This document shows positions 1 through 13,670 of a stretch of 53,772 nucleotides of DNA, piece by piece (within the stretch, counting starts at the first letter, position 1; each line of letters opens with the position of its first letter). Source of the DNA: Octopus sinensis (taxonomy: Eukaryota); assembly GCF_006345805.1 (NCBI RefSeq), contig NW_021833916.1, forward strand, positions 1-53,772, in the 5' to 3' direction. The position numbers were made by a program, and so were the translations under genes. The notes under the pieces were generated by a model. The model was not told where the DNA came from, did not search any database, and worked only from the letters and a program-made list of their open reading frames with translations.

Positions 1-345
1 CGATTATTAAAAGGAAATGTAAATGTTGCTCACACCGCTTTCACCAGTGTGTGCATCTGTATATGTATTAAGAAATTGATCAAGAATCTCACTACTTAAA
101 TAGTCAGACAAGTGAAGATATTCTTCAACGTTCAAATGCTGGGCTTCTCAGCAAGAATGCTTAAATAGCTTCGAGTTAAATGCGATTACCGGCAGATTAT
201 GATTGACGCTCATGGTATTAATCCTTGATACTTTAAGAAGACTATAACTACATTTCACGCCTGTTTGGATAAGATAACCTTGTTACTTCGTGTAACGGAA
301 TAAACTTGCAATGGAGAAATTTAATATTTTAAACGGAACCTCTAC

Positions 346-387
<42 letters not shown>

Positions 388-660
388 ATATATTTGTATG
401 TATGTATCTTTACCAATCTAAATTCACATTCTTAGTAGCAAAGCTCTATCCGTAAGGAGTGTTTAAATAGAAGCATCTGTTTATTTATAGGTAATCTAGT
501 TACCGGCGTGCCTCGGGTTTCTAGTCTAGTTTATCCAACGATACGATATGTGTAATAAACCGTAGAAACTTATGCTGAGAGGAAAATAGGGAGAGAGGGA
601 TTCGCAGAATAATAAGGGTCCACGGAGAGAAAGGAAGCGAATGAGAAAGAGAAACACACG

Positions 661-1058
661 TTACTTATTTCAGCCATTTGACTGCGGCCATACTGGAGCA
701 CCGCCTTTAGTCGAGTAAATCGACCCCAGGACTTATCCTTTGTAAGCCTAGTATTTATTCTATCGGTCTCTTTTGCCGAACTGCTAAGTTACAGGGATGT
801 AAACACACCAACATCGGTTGTCAAGCGATGTTGAGGGGTGGGGACAAACACAGACACACAAACACACAAATATATATATATACACATATGTACGACGGGT
901 TTCTTTCAGTTTCCATCTACTAAATCTACTCACATGGCTTTAGTCGGCCCGAGGGGCTATAGCAGAAGACACTTGCCCAATGTGCCACGCAGTGGGACTG
1001 AACCTGGAATCATGTGGTTGGTAAGCAAGCTACTTACCACATAGCCACTCCTGCGCCT
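661..1058 (-). mobile_element. tRNA-derived CORE-like SINE (family A), near full length
   Basis: The minus strand starts GCAGGAGTGGCTATGTGGTAAG (A box), then GGTTCAGTCCC (B box) and CORE-like TTGGGCAAGTGTCTTCT. It has an internal (TA)/(TG) tract and the 3' tail CTCCAGTATGGCCGCAGTCAAATGGCTGAAATAAGTAA. Many related copies occur in the window. Confidence 0.85.
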
Positions 1059-1120
1059 GTGTTTGCAGCGAGCTATATATAATTATTGTTGGTTAATGCG
1101 GTTGGTGTTCTGCCTTGGTT

Positions 1121-1201
1121 CATCCCCGATGAGCACTGGACATATTTAGGATTACGAGTGGAGATGTGATATTTCCAGTAAAACGAGTGTCCACGTAGAT
1201 G
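1121..1201 (+). ncRNA. decayed type I hammerhead ribozyme motif (PLE-type)
   Basis: CATC..CCGATGA (U4>C), helix II ACTGGA...TCCAGT, AAAAC (G12>A), helix III ACG..CGT, then GTA followed by GATG, which can pair with CATC. Confidence 0.45.
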
Positions 1202-1729
1202 GTATCAAATTGATTTTCTTTATAGAATTTGTTAAGCTGATGTAGCAGCCCCATGACACATATCTCACGAGTTCTTATATGTTTATAATATGTTGCTTGA
1301 TGATAGTGGGGTATGATTTACCGAAGTTTTTGGGGTGCCTCGTAAGGTGACTCATGCTATTTGTTCCGAATCTCTCAAATTCAAGTTCTTGTATCACCGA
1401 TATTTGTTTTGCCCATTTTTTCTTTTGTTTTTTTTTGTCTTCGAGTTTGTAAATTATGAGACTGCCAAGATATAACACTTTCGTTATATTTCAATCGGGA
1501 ATTTTGCATCGTGAAAGGGGAAGTCCTTTAGTTGACTGAAGATTTAAGAACCTCTTACAGAAGACAGGAGATCTGCTAAATTACCCCAATCATCCAAGGA
1601 GGACACGATGAACAATGCCACTCGCAGAGGAAATAAAAGAAAAATATCTTTATTGCATGGGACTATCTATCTACATCGCTACACTCCCTATCTTTTTCTC
1701 TTGTATATGTGTCTACACAAACACACACA

Positions 1730-1784
<55 letters not shown>

Positions 1785-1814
1785 GTATAGGTATATGTGT
1801 GTTTGTGTAATATA

Positions 1815-2013
1815 TTTCTGGGATAATAAGGAAACCAATGTTTTCATGTAAAGTAATCTTCACAATTATCCGAGCGTACCGCATGGAAGTGCAGATACTC
1901 ATCTCCATTTTGAACCAAAATAAGGAAATTTAACTAGGCTTCCCTGCGGTACACTTGTATAATTGTGAAGATCTCTTCACATGAAAACATCGGTTGCCTT
2001 CTTAACCCCAAAA
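1815..2013. mobile_element. MITE / fold-back element
   Basis: Imperfect inverted arms of about 75 bp (1815-1889 and 1939-2013). GGAAACCAATGTTTTCATGTAAAGTAATCTTCACAATTATCCGAGCGTACCGCATGGAAG matches the reverse complement GGCAACCGATGTTTTCATGTGAAGAGATCTTCACAATTATACAAGTGTACCGCAGGGAAG. The spacer is about 50 bp and the flanks are TA-rich. Confidence 0.75.
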
Positions 2014-2084
2014 TTAAAGAATATATACCCACCAATGTAGTGTTAAGCATTTATTGCACGCTACTAGATATTAGCAAGCATTCA

Positions 2085-2133
2085 CACATATATATGTATG
2101 CATATGTATATATGTATAATATATAACAACACA

Positions 2134-2192
<59 letters not shown>

Positions 2193-2312
2193 GTATATGG
2201 ATATATATAGTATGCATGTATATACATATATATCTATCTATATATATCTGTATGTATATGTAAATATATATGTATGCATATGTATATATATATTATATAT
2301 ATATATACATAG

Positions 2313-2368
<56 letters not shown>

Positions 2369-2392
2369 ATGTATGTATGTATGTATGTATAT
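2085..2392. repeat. compound (CA)n/(TA)n/(TATG)n microsatellite, representative of dozens in the window
   Basis: Directly visible. Similar tracts lie at about 3660-4000, 4450-4780, 6320-7080, 7690-8020, 17560-17940, 18540-19320, 28790-29250, 35690-37160, 43095-43520, 44630-45670 and 52810-53035. Confidence 0.95.
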
Positions 2393-2775
2393 CATTAACT
2401 ACAAATAAAATATTAATTCATTATAAGTCTTAATCTGCTTGCTAAATTACGAGGACATATAAAACGACTTACACATTCTTAAATTGCGGCAGATTCGAAC
2501 CTGGACATGCTACTTGCCATTAATCTTTTTTTTTTTTGATCATCGGAGACCAACTTCTTTCAGACGAATGCGTGTTGATAATACAGACGATTTATTAGCG
2601 TAAGAATCTTCCAGGACAATCTGTTTTACGACAACATTGTAATAGGTCAGCGTCAGACACCGAAGACTAATGAATCTGGTAAGAGCTCGTGGCTCCTGTC
2701 CATAAGTTAAGCAAAACAAATTATTTGCTGATGTATGCTGATGTCTGCCAACTGCGTCTACAATTCATAGCTTCA

Positions 2776-2778
<3 letters not shown>

Positions 2779-2838
<60 letters not shown>
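2779..2838. repeat. (CT)n microsatellite
   Basis: Pure TC run. Confidence 0.95.
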
Positions 2839-2841
<3 letters not shown>

Positions 2842-3065
2842 ATAGGCAAAATAAGTAAATGTTGTACAGGTAGCTTTGCATAGTAGATTATACTGTTATA
2901 CGCTTCTAGCAAAACTGGAAGTTTACAGACTTTTATATATAACTAATATGCTTTTTATAATATATAAATAAACATTTGATCGAGTGAAAGTTTTCGTTCA
3001 TTACTTGAGAATGTTTGCAACGTTAACCACAGAATTACAAATATCTTTGTTATTTTCGTTTTGTC

Positions 3066-3270
3066 CAGGCGGCGAACGGGCAGAAAGAATTACCATTCCT
3101 GACAAAATATTTAGCCGGATTTTGTCCGTTTTTTCCCCCTGAATTCAAATTTTGTCTTCAATATTTTTGTGGTCGAGAATAAAAAAAGTAATAGTCATGT
3201 TGTGGGGTCGATGGAATCGACTTTCCCCTCCTCTTAAAAGCATGCTATCCCTGTCCCAAAATTTTCAACA
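3066..3270 (+). mobile_element. degenerate tRNA-derived SINE (family B)
   Basis: GGCGGCGAACGGGCAGAA head, GAATTCAAAT B box and GGGGTCGATGGAATCGACT 3' motif, all shared with the better-preserved family B copies. Confidence 0.6.
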
Positions 3271-3866
3271 ATTATTATTCGTTCAGCTTGGAACAATAAA
3301 CTTCCTAAGCGCATTAACCTCTCAACAGTTTCTCTGTGACAACCTTCGAAAGAAATATGGGGAGCGAAATTGCAGCCTCGTATTATTTTGAGGAGTGAAT
3401 AATCATAAACATGATATTGTATTTGATGAAATAGGCATTGGATGAAATAGAATGTTTAAAAATTTTTAACGTCTAACTTCTGGGTGATTTCGTAGTTTGG
3501 GTGTAAATGTTTTACCAACAACACCTTGTAATCTAAAGAAAATGAAGACATCATTATGCAGAAATAATCTTAAAAAGAAAAAAATAATGATCATTAAAAA
3601 AAAACATTCTTAAATTGGGACAGTGACATATTTAAAATGACATATTACAAAAAACATATCGCACACACTCACACACACACACTCTCTCTCTCTTAGTATA
3701 TATACGTATGTCTAAATCTATTTATATACATGCGTTTGAGCATGTGTTTATTTATGAATAAATACATAAAAATGCTCGATATATATACACACACAAATAT
3801 ATATATATATATGTCTTTGTGTGTGTGTATACATATACAAATATATATATATGTATATATATATAC

Positions 3867-3941
<75 letters not shown>

Positions 3942-4126
3942 CAAAGATAAATGCGATTATATATATATATATATACATAATCATGTATATATGTATTCAT
4001 GCACATGCGTATAACATAGTACGTGTATTTCCCAATCTATCGATTCATGTAATTAAACAAATTTCTGCTTGTGCATTTATTTCCTTTGACCTCTTATGTC
4101 CATGTACTGCAACGAAATGCACACAA

Positions 4127-4157
<31 letters not shown>

Positions 4158-4663
4158 GAAAGGCATATGTGTACGCAAAACCCACACAAACGTATAGTGA
4201 CGTCCACGCACGCGAATACCAACGCTCCATATTAGATTTAAACAAATATTTTGGCGTCGCCAACAGGCAATACAAATGAACTAGACAAATAAATCGAGCA
4301 GTATTAGTGTCTACCCTTCAATTGGTTCAGTTTCTAAAGATTCGGTACGGAATTTGTCATTCTGCCAATACGTCTCTAGCTTAAAAGACAAAAAAAAAAC
4401 AAAAAAACAGAAGCAAAACAAAAACAGAAATAACAAACATACGCTCTTATCCGCACACATACACATATATATATATATATATATACACACAGGAACACAG
4501 GCACTCAGACAGACACATATATATTATTTTCTATTGTAAAATGCCTTGCTTTTGCATGCATACATGCATATACAAACACATACATGTACACACGCACATA
4601 GATATATATACACACAGATATTGATGCATTTACACAGACAAACACGCACACACCTATATGTAC

Positions 4664-4745
<82 letters not shown>

Positions 4746-5304
4746 CGTATGTACCCACACACCTACACACACACTCACATGCTCTTTTGCAATCCTATTC
4801 GTCTATATATTTATTTTGACAAATTCCATAACAGAGTTCAGTAGAATTGACGTCGAGGTTCACACGTTCAAACTCCGCTTAGGAAAAAAAAGGCACAACA
4901 TTAGATATTATCTTTATCTTCTAAAATATATAAAGAATGGAGTTGGAAATAGCACAGAAGTATGTGTAAAATATTTGAATTTAAGAAGAAATTTAATAAA
5001 AATGATTTTTAAAAAATTATATAAAGATCCTCTGTCCAGGTGTCAAGAAAATATATAAAAGGGCTTTGTATGATTGTGTATAGAAGGATATATATTATTC
5101 AAAGATATTCCAACTCTGTCTGTTTTTTTTTATGTTTTACTTATATTCTTTATAATATTAATGTAGAATGTAGAATATATTGTATAAATAATATATATTT
5201 ATATAGTATATATATAGTAAAATTAAATGAAGTATTGATTGTCTTAAGGGACTAGTATACTTTCTTGCATTATGGCAGTCTTCAAGTTATATATATATAT
5301 ATAT

Positions 5305-5503
5305 GGGAAATTGGATAAGAAAGCAAAACATCCAGACAGCTAGGTGATACACAAAAGGGACAACAAGCCTTCCAGATGGACGAAATTTCAAAGATAATCT
5401 AGCACTCGTCTGAGGAAAGAAAGCTCCGAATAACCCGTTTCTTGTTTTCTCTCTATTTTCTATCTGGATGTTTTGTTTTTCTTTGTGTTTTAGAGAATTT
5501 CCC
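5305..5503 (+). mobile_element. PLE-like remnant with inverted termini and a very decayed HHR core
   Basis: GGGAAATT...AAAACATCCAGACAG (5305-5339) is inverted against CTATCTGGATGTTTTG...AATTTCCC (5460-5503). CTGAGGA..CCGAA lies inside, at 5410-5430. The left flank is (TA)n. Confidence 0.45.
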
Positions 5504-5601
5504 TTTTATACCTGCGTATTTATGTATTTCTCTAATTTTAATCATTGAAATATAATAACCCAATATTGAATGACTTCTGCACTTTTGTACAAACACTCGC
5601 C

Positions 5602-5639
<38 letters not shown>

Positions 5640-5786
5640 GTTAAACAGGACAGAAAGCATTAAGGCAAGGCATACCAAATCGTGTAGATCATCTGTGAAC
5701 TACTTTGTATTATATATATATATATAATATATATATATATATTATATATATATATATATATATGTATTGTATGTATATATATATAA

Positions 5787-5950
5787 AGCAAGAGAGAAGA
5801 AGGAGGTACGATAATAACAATTTATTAATACATTGACAAGACCTACAATTGTTTCAACTTATCGCTTATAGTATAAATGAAACAAATTTAATTTAATTCT
5901 ATTAAATCAATTTGGTTAATTTTTACAAGCCAGAAGATCATCACGGAAGA
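5787..5950 (-). mobile_element. PLE-like 3' terminus with a decayed hammerhead (long stem II)
   Basis: The minus strand reads CCGTGATGA ... GTTGAAACAATTGTAGG, with palindromic helix III and a GUA site. AATAAA and a pyrimidine tail follow, running into (TA)n. The end resembles 39141-39209. Confidence 0.5.
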
Positions 5951-6434
5951 AGATACAAAGAAATTGATATCTTTCATATTTAAAACATAATGAAAATCAT
6001 TAATGATCAAACGGGAAAATATATATGAGTTAGTATGTAGTCATGTGCTTGTATTATATCGTCTGTTTCATATTTATTTTATATATCTAATAAACGCATG
6101 TGTGTTATGTCTGTGAGTATGTGTACACACATATATGTTTTGGTGTGTGCGTGTGTCTCTATGCCATTCTAATAACCAGAGTTCCTCCCATTCGAGTAGG
6201 CCATTATGCAGGTTTCCAGGATAAAACATGGTGCAACAAATGGTCTTAGCTAATAAAATTCAAATTATATGCTACATCACAGTTGGCCTCCGTTTTCCGA
6301 TTGACGCCATGTATTCCTGTACATATATACATGTATACAGACACAAACACACTCACACACATGCATGCATACATATTTACATACATGCATACACATACAA
6401 ACATCCATAAATACCTGCATAGACATACATATAT

Positions 6435-6472
<38 letters not shown>

Positions 6473-6794
6473 TATATTTCCAGACATCCGTATCTAAATA
6501 TATACACACGTTCATTTGTACATATATACGTGCATACCGACAGACATATATTTAGAGAGAGAGAGAGAAACAAACAGATAGACATAATGATAGATAGATC
6601 GTCAAGTGGATAGATACATGTGTAGCCATACTTATAAATATAGAAAAAAATGGGTTGTATTATAGTAAGGTTTTCTAATACAAAAAACATACATATCCCA
6701 GAACAGACTTATTCGTCCACAAATGCAATACCTCACACATATATAAATACATACATACACTTCTAAAAGCACACATTATATACAAATGTGTATC

Positions 6795-6851
<57 letters not shown>

Positions 6852-7515
6852 TATATATAGATAGATAGATAGATAGATAGAAGATAGATAGATAGAATAG
6901 ACATACATATATATGTATGTATTAATGTATATATATATATATATGCATGTATAATGTAATATAATACAATAGGTACATATATATTCATATATATATATAC
7001 ATATGTTTATACACACACAAGCACACACACACACACACACATGTATATATATACGTACAACCATATCTGCCGAGAGAGAGAGAGAGACATGCTACAGTCC
7101 TATTATTTATTTTCCATACCGTACTATACTATCTTTAACAATTATGAAGACTCTTAATTCATAACACATTTCCACAAGCGTCGAATGCAGAAAAAAGAAG
7201 AAGCAGAAATGTTAATAATAATCTATGGATAAGAAAGCCTTTTGTGTCCGTCTGCGTCTTTCACGTAGGAATATGCAATAAATTTTTTCATAAATGTTAG
7301 TTCTGGAGAACATCCAGGCCCCAAAGTTACTCCACGAATATAAAAGTGTTGGATACGTTGTAGACTAATTTGGCACTAAGAACTCTGATATTACGTGTTG
7401 GTGTCTTTCCAGATTAGAATAAATAAAAAATTCTTTACCATCTAGGGAAAGAATTTCCATGCTTTTCGTTTGCTCGGATTCTAATGACTATCAATAAGTA
7501 TATTATCTCATAAAA

Positions 7516-7596
<81 letters not shown>
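7516..7596. repeat. (TATC)n microsatellite
   Basis: Pure tetranucleotide run. Confidence 0.95.
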
Positions 7597-7597
<1 letters not shown>

Positions 7598-7703
7598 AAT
7601 AACTAAATAACTATAATTTTACAGCTCTTTCTCTCTTTCTCACTATCTCCCTCCATAAAATTATTTATATACATATGAAGATTAGAATGTGTTAATGTAT
7701 ACG

Positions 7704-7832
<129 letters not shown>

Positions 7833-7929
7833 TATATATATGTGTGTGTATATATATATATCTGGGTGGCTATAAAATTAGTCCTCAATACATGTACGCG
7901 TGCTTCTTGTATATGCCTCTATACATGGA

Positions 7930-7980
<51 letters not shown>

Positions 7981-8497
7981 CTTTGCACATATATGTATAT
8001 AAATATATATATTCGCTGTGTGCTGTGTGTGAATATGGATGTTTAAATACGTGAATGTGAGTTTGTGTGCGAGTGTGTCTAAATGCACTCCACGCGATGA
8101 AATAAAAAACCTGATTAAACAACTGTTTCAGTGGATTAGGCAGCGATTTAATCACTCATATTAGTACCCAGGTAAGGAATATGCACCTGTGTTCGTGTAT
8201 GATTTGTGTGTATATGTGTGTGTGTGTGTGTTCGTGCGTGCGTTATGTATGAGAAAAATCGAAAACATCATCTATCAATCTGTCAGTCTATCTATCTATC
8301 TATCTATTTATCTATATGTCTATCTGTGTTCACGTTACGAGTTTATAACCTGATTGAAACTGGGTCCTTCTGCTTGAATATATATGCACACGCACACACA
8401 CACACATACACACACACACACACACATACACATACACACACACGTATCTGTGTATGTGAATGTGTGTGTGTGTGTGTTGTGTGTGTGTGGTGTGTGT

Positions 8498-8667
8498 AAA
8501 CGACGGTCATCTTTCAGTTTCCGTCTATCAAATCCACTCACAAGGCCTTGGTCGGCTCAAGGCTATAATAAATTGCAGATGTCCAAGATGCCACGCAGTG
8601 GCACTGAACCCGGAAACGTGTGTTTGGTAAACAATATGCTTACCACACACCCATTCCTACGCCTGCA
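8498..8667 (-). mobile_element. family A SINE, 5' half
   Basis: Matches 890-1058 (CTTTCAGTTTCCGTCTA...GCCACGCAGTGG.ACTGAACC...CTTACCACAC). Confidence 0.8.
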
Positions 8668-8693
8668 TAATAATAATAATAATAATAATAATA

Positions 8694-8786
<93 letters not shown>

Positions 8787-9687
8787 TATATATTATATAT
8801 ACATATACACACCCACACTTATATATATTTGTGTTCGTTCGTGTGTGTGTATGTGTGTGAGATGCGTGGGTTTCGTTAATGGTGTTTGCCAAATGCTTAT
8901 ACGAGGTGAACTGCTGACTTTCGTGCTTTTATTTAATGAAAATAACGGTTTTTCTTCAATGGCTGTGTGTCTCAGTACATTGGTTGGTGATTGCGTGTCT
9001 CTATCGAATAGTATTTTCTAAAGCCTTAGCGCACATGTGTGTGTGTGTGTGTGTGTGCGTAGTAATGGAAAATCGTTTCTCGTTTGTCTGCGTGTGTGGA
9101 ACAGCAGAGGGTCTATGAGGAACGTATTTTGGAAATAAATGAAACCCAGCAGTGTGACATTCGAGCACGTGTTTGTGATAGTCCAGTAAAAATAGAGCGA
9201 AGAGCTAAAGGCGCAGCCGTGTTATTATTTTTGTTCACTAACTATTTAAATCAGCGAGGTGTCGGAAGTAGAAAATGTCTGTATCTATGTATAGCATGAA
9301 TTTGTATGTGTGACTCCTTCTGAAGTGTGTCTGAGAGAGTATATAGAATGCTCTGACGATAAGAGATTAGAGGAGTAAAGAGACGCCTGTGTGCCTTTGA
9401 GTAAACAGTGCGAGGTTACAGACTGGTGTAAGTACCATTTTTGAATGAAAATATTTGACTCCGTAAATGGGGAAGTGGGGTAATTAAGCAGAATAATCTT
9501 CGGTATTATTTAGGATTTGGTGCATGTGTATGTGGAATTGACAAAATTGTGTTTCTCTGTCCGCCACTCGTGAGTCTATATTGTAGATAGAATGTGGTGC
9601 AGAAGCCAGGGCTGTTATTACTTCTAATGTGCATATTGGTGATGTGAAATATGGACGAGGGATGCAAGTGTGTGTTTGTTGAATATA

Positions 9688-9915
9688 TATTTCTTTATTG
9701 TCCAAGGGGGGGGAGGCTAAACATAGAGGGGACAAACAAGGACAGACAAATGTATTAAGTCGATTACATTGACACCAGTGCGTAACTGGTACTTATTTAA
9801 TCGACCTCGAAAGGATGAAAGGCAAAGTCGCTTACGGCGGAATTTGATCTCAGAAGTTATCGGCAGAAGAAATACTGCAAAGCCCGGCGTGCTAACGATT
9901 CTGCCAGCGCGCCGC
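9688..9915 (-). mobile_element. family B SINE
   Basis: Contains CAGTGCGTAACTGGTACTTATTTAATCGACCTCGAAAGGATGAAAGGCAAAGTCG and the reverse complement of the tRNA-like head. Confidence 0.85.
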
Positions 9916-10012
9916 TGTTGAATGTAAGAAGTTTGTGTGTGGTGAATGGTAACGGAGAGGGAAACAAAGAAACGTATATGTGTAATAGATGCAGGAGATA
10001 CAATGAAAATAA

Positions 10013-10323
10013 TTGTTGTCGTTTGTTACTTCTCGAGCCACGCCTGGCTCATTAGAGCCGGTTTCCCGGTTTCCTAGGCGTATAGGTTCCTCCACCTGGA
10101 CTGGACGCCTGTCCGTCGCAGGTGAGCTGCAAGATGCAGGAGGAAAGAGTGAAAGAAAGTTGTGGCGAAAGAGTCAGAAGAATTTCGCCATAACCTTCTG
10201 CCGGAGCCGCGTGGAGCTTAGGTGTTTTCCTCATAAACACACACATCGCCCGGTCTGAGATTCGAACCCGCGATCCCTCGACCGCGAGTCCGCTGCTCTA
10301 ACCATTAGGCCATGTGCCTCCAC
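10013..10323 (-). mobile_element. tRNA-derived SINE with a V-domain-like segment (family V), full length
   Basis: Minus-strand head GGAGGCACATGGCCTAATGGTTAGAGCAGCGGACTCGCGGTCGAGGGATCGCGGGTTCGAATCTC with A and B boxes. Central CCTGCGACGGACAGGCGTCCAGTCCAGG resembles the V-SINE domain, and the tail is (ACA)-rich. A second copy lies at 50188-50480. Confidence 0.8.
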
Positions 10324-10438
10324 AAGGAAAATAATAGATGAGTGAAATATGACTAAACGTTTCTCTGGGCGCTTTTGTGTAATGAAACGTGTATCATTAT
10401 GTGCGTGGAAGTCGTTCTCCTGTGGGTGAAGTTCATTT

Positions 10439-10477
<39 letters not shown>

Positions 10478-12239
10478 TTGAGGTGCGGAATTATTCCAAT
10501 GCGCTTGAATTGGGGAGCATTTTGTGGGCAAATTGTGTTGGTGTGTGGGCTTCAGAGCCAACACATTTTTTACGTACTGTTTACGGTGGTGTTACTAAGT
10601 TTGGTGGCGCGGTATGTCGTATGGTTTAAAGTGAAAGTGCCCGTGTTCATTTCTGTGTCGTGTTAACGCAAGGGTGTATACAGGATTATGAGCTAATTGG
10701 CATGTGCAAATGCCTGTAGTCTTCGTTCTTTGTGTGTGTGTGTGTGTGTGTGTCGGTGCGAGAAGGTGTACTCTTGGGTGTATGCATACTAACTGGAAGA
10801 ACGAGTTATATAATTCTAGGATTGGAACTTGAGCCAAAAATCTGAAAATCTGTAGAGAGAAAAGATAATGAAGTGAAGCTGCTTTACCCGCTTGAAGTGA
10901 GAGGAGAGCGACATGGTTTTTAGGTCAAAGCGGAAGATTTATAGTAAGTGCTATTATTTCACTCAAACTTAGAATCTTTTGAAACTTAAGCACTATTATA
11001 TTCTTGATGAAAGCCGAATAATTGAGGAGAAGATGTATAAGATAATCAGAATTATTTTTATAATGTTAATGTATAATGTATAAACAGAATGTTATATAAT
11101 AACGTAGCTCCGATATTACTATTTAAAATAATTATCCAGAAATGGGGTTTTGTTTTATGGAGAGAACTTGACGATCAAAAAATAGAACTCTGATTGTATT
11201 TCTGTTTGCATTGTTAGTGTGTTTTAAGGGTAAATGTAAAAAGGAAAATTCAATTCTATTTATAATAAATGTGTGTAATATAATGGAGGTACACAATTCA
11301 AAATTGAAGAATTCACGTTTACAAGTAATTCGAATAAATAGTTTTAAGCATGTCTCAAGCATGTTTATGCGATATTAATGTTGAGCTGAACGACTATTTT
11401 AAAGTGTGTACTTGTTAAATGTTTAAAAGTAAACTCTGCAAATCATTATTTAAAACTTCTAAATAATAATGAGAGAAAACTATGAAGGGGAAGTCGATAT
11501 TGAATTAACAATTTAATTACAACAACGCTATGCTTAAATAATTCCAATTTATTCTTAACCTATCTCTCTTTATATTCGTACCAACATGTGTGTGTTGTTA
11601 TATACCATACACTCAACCTCATCGCCCATATGTTCCCCACTTCTCAAAGTCTTTACTTGTTTAACTCTTTATTCTATAAAATCATGTTTTTCTCCAAATT
11701 TTCTCTTCTTTCTGTCTTCTGTCGTCCAATGTTATAGTTTATACGATATCGAATATTCTTTGCATATTCATTCTACCCGTAATTTAAATAATTTGAATTA
11801 TTATATGCAGAATTAACTTTTGTACACATTAAAACCACTCACACAAACAATTGCAATTAAAATGAAATATATGCTAATTTCTCTCGATTCAAATTAATCC
11901 AAACCCAGACGTTATTCTTTTTATCATTAATTGTGCCACCTCTATTTTAAATAAAGCCATTTTAATTCCATCTTTAATTTCAATGGAAATACACTTCCAT
12001 CACGTTATAATTTACACATCTCTGTGAGCAGAAATACAAATCACCAATCTTCTCTCTTCAACAGCTGTACTCTTAATTCTTCTCTCTCCTTCTATCCCCT
12101 CTCTCTTCTTTCTCGCTCTTCTTCTCGCTCGAAAAGTTATGATAACAATTCAAATATACTCCTCTCTAGAAATATATTAATATTGCTATTATTATTATTG
12201 TGTGGGGGTGCAGACAAAATCGATATCAAACCAGACAAC

Positions 12240-12610
12240 ACGCTTGGTGGCAATTCGTCCGTCTTCACATTCTGAGTTCAGATTCCAACGAAGTCAACTC
12301 TATCTTTCCTCCTTTCGGGGTCGAAATGATAAGTACTAGTTCAGAACTGGGGTCGACATAATCGAATTATCCCCTCCTCTGATGTTGCTGGCCTAGTGCC
12401 AATGTCACTGTTCTTATTAGAGTGGTGAGCTGGCAAAATGGTTCGCGGCATTTCGTCCGTATTCATATTCTTAGTTCAAAATACGCCGGGCTCGACTTTG
12501 CCTTTTATTCTTTCGTAGTCGTTAAAAAAAACTAGAAGTTTAGCTCTGGGGTCACTGTAATCCCATCTCCTAAAATCACTAGCCCTGAGTCAAACGCTGA
12601 AACCAATATT
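12240..12610 (+). mobile_element. two adjacent degenerate family B SINEs
   Basis: TTCTGAGTTCAGATTCC..CCTTTCGGGGTCGA at 12270-12325, and a second head GGTGAGCTGGCAAAA at 12424. Confidence 0.7.
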
Positions 12611-12627
12611 ACTATCAGTATTGTTAA

Positions 12628-13670
12628 CTAGTGGGGCCCGTGAATATTTCACGGAATTAATTGGGAACCTGCTGGGTTATTCCCAAAACCCTGAAATCAT
12701 AAACTGTGTTGTGTCTGTATCAAAAGATAGTCTCTCATCTGCTATTCATGGAAAAGTGAAGGAAACTGGAATACGAAGATTACTTCATGCAATTTATAGA
12801 GACACTTCATACTATTTATGCACAATTCTATAGACTTAATACACAACATTCATAAAATAAATATTCATTCTTATTTTTCTACTTACCCCTCAAAGAGAAA
12901 AAACTACATTTTAAAGTTTACATGATCACCATTTCATATCTAGAAAACAAAAATTTTATTGTAAAAAGATTAAATTATATGTCAAATATAGGGGTCTAAT
13001 TTCACAGGGGTAAGCATTTAATGCAACATGGCATACTCTGAAAACCACATCATTGTTATCTTATAAGCCCAGGCGATGGGTCAAAGCCAATACACATTTC
13101 AATTTGCGTACACCTTTCAATCCAATTCTTCTTTGCAGACAATGTTCTTCCTATAAGTTCTCCCTCTTCTTTTCTTCGTTTGGCAGTGTTGAAAACTAAC
13201 GCTCACATCAGATAATTTGGGAGCCTTTCAGAGTGCAGGTTCGGTCAAGAACAGCTCCGTTTTATCAAATGTTTACCTTTGTTAGTTGCTGATAGTCATT
13301 GCATATGACAGGTGAACGGGAAACTCATGTCTTTCATTTCTTTTTCATAATTTTGACGCCGCTTCAGGCGATGAGATGGAAGAATATTTAGTACGTCCGA
13401 AAAATTTCTTAGCTGCACTTTGTCCGTTTTTACTTTCTGATTTCAAATTTTGCCGATGTCGATTTTGCCCTTCACCCCATTCGGGATCTATAAAATAAGA
13501 ACCATTTGATTACTACGGGTCGATGTAATCGACTTCCCCTCCCTTAACAGTGCTATTACGCAACTATCTTGACTGTGGGAAGTCAAAAATCCGTGAAACT
13601 GTTAAACCATTCAAAATAAACCAACTAAAAGTCTTCCAACGCAATTTCACCTTCTTTATTATATATATGG
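12628..13670 (-). mobile_element. non-autonomous Helitron with a nested family B SINE (about 13365-13545)
   Basis: The minus-strand 3' end is CCGTGAA-ATA-TTCACGG (perfect hairpin) followed by GCCCCA-CTAG|T. The putative 5' end ATATATATAATAAAGAAGGTGAAA lies near 13670. Confidence 0.65.

Noticed and set aside
495-531. Possible Helitron 3' end (CCGGCGTGCCTCGG..CTAGT)
   Set aside because: The hairpin is imperfect and I found no matching 5' end.
1531-1575. CTGAAGA followed by a short stem and GAAGAC, as a hammerhead
   Set aside because: The GAAA box is broken and neither helix I nor helix III can form.
9084-9299. 71-aa complex ORF and nearby GTAAGT donor-like sites (about 9428 and 10944)
   Set aside because: No recognisable domain, and I could not build a consistent acceptor-frame-donor exon.
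10250-10323. tRNA gene (also considered at 24187, 51461-51536 and 51538-51605)
   Set aside because: A and B boxes are present, but the acceptor stems do not close and each continues into a SINE body.
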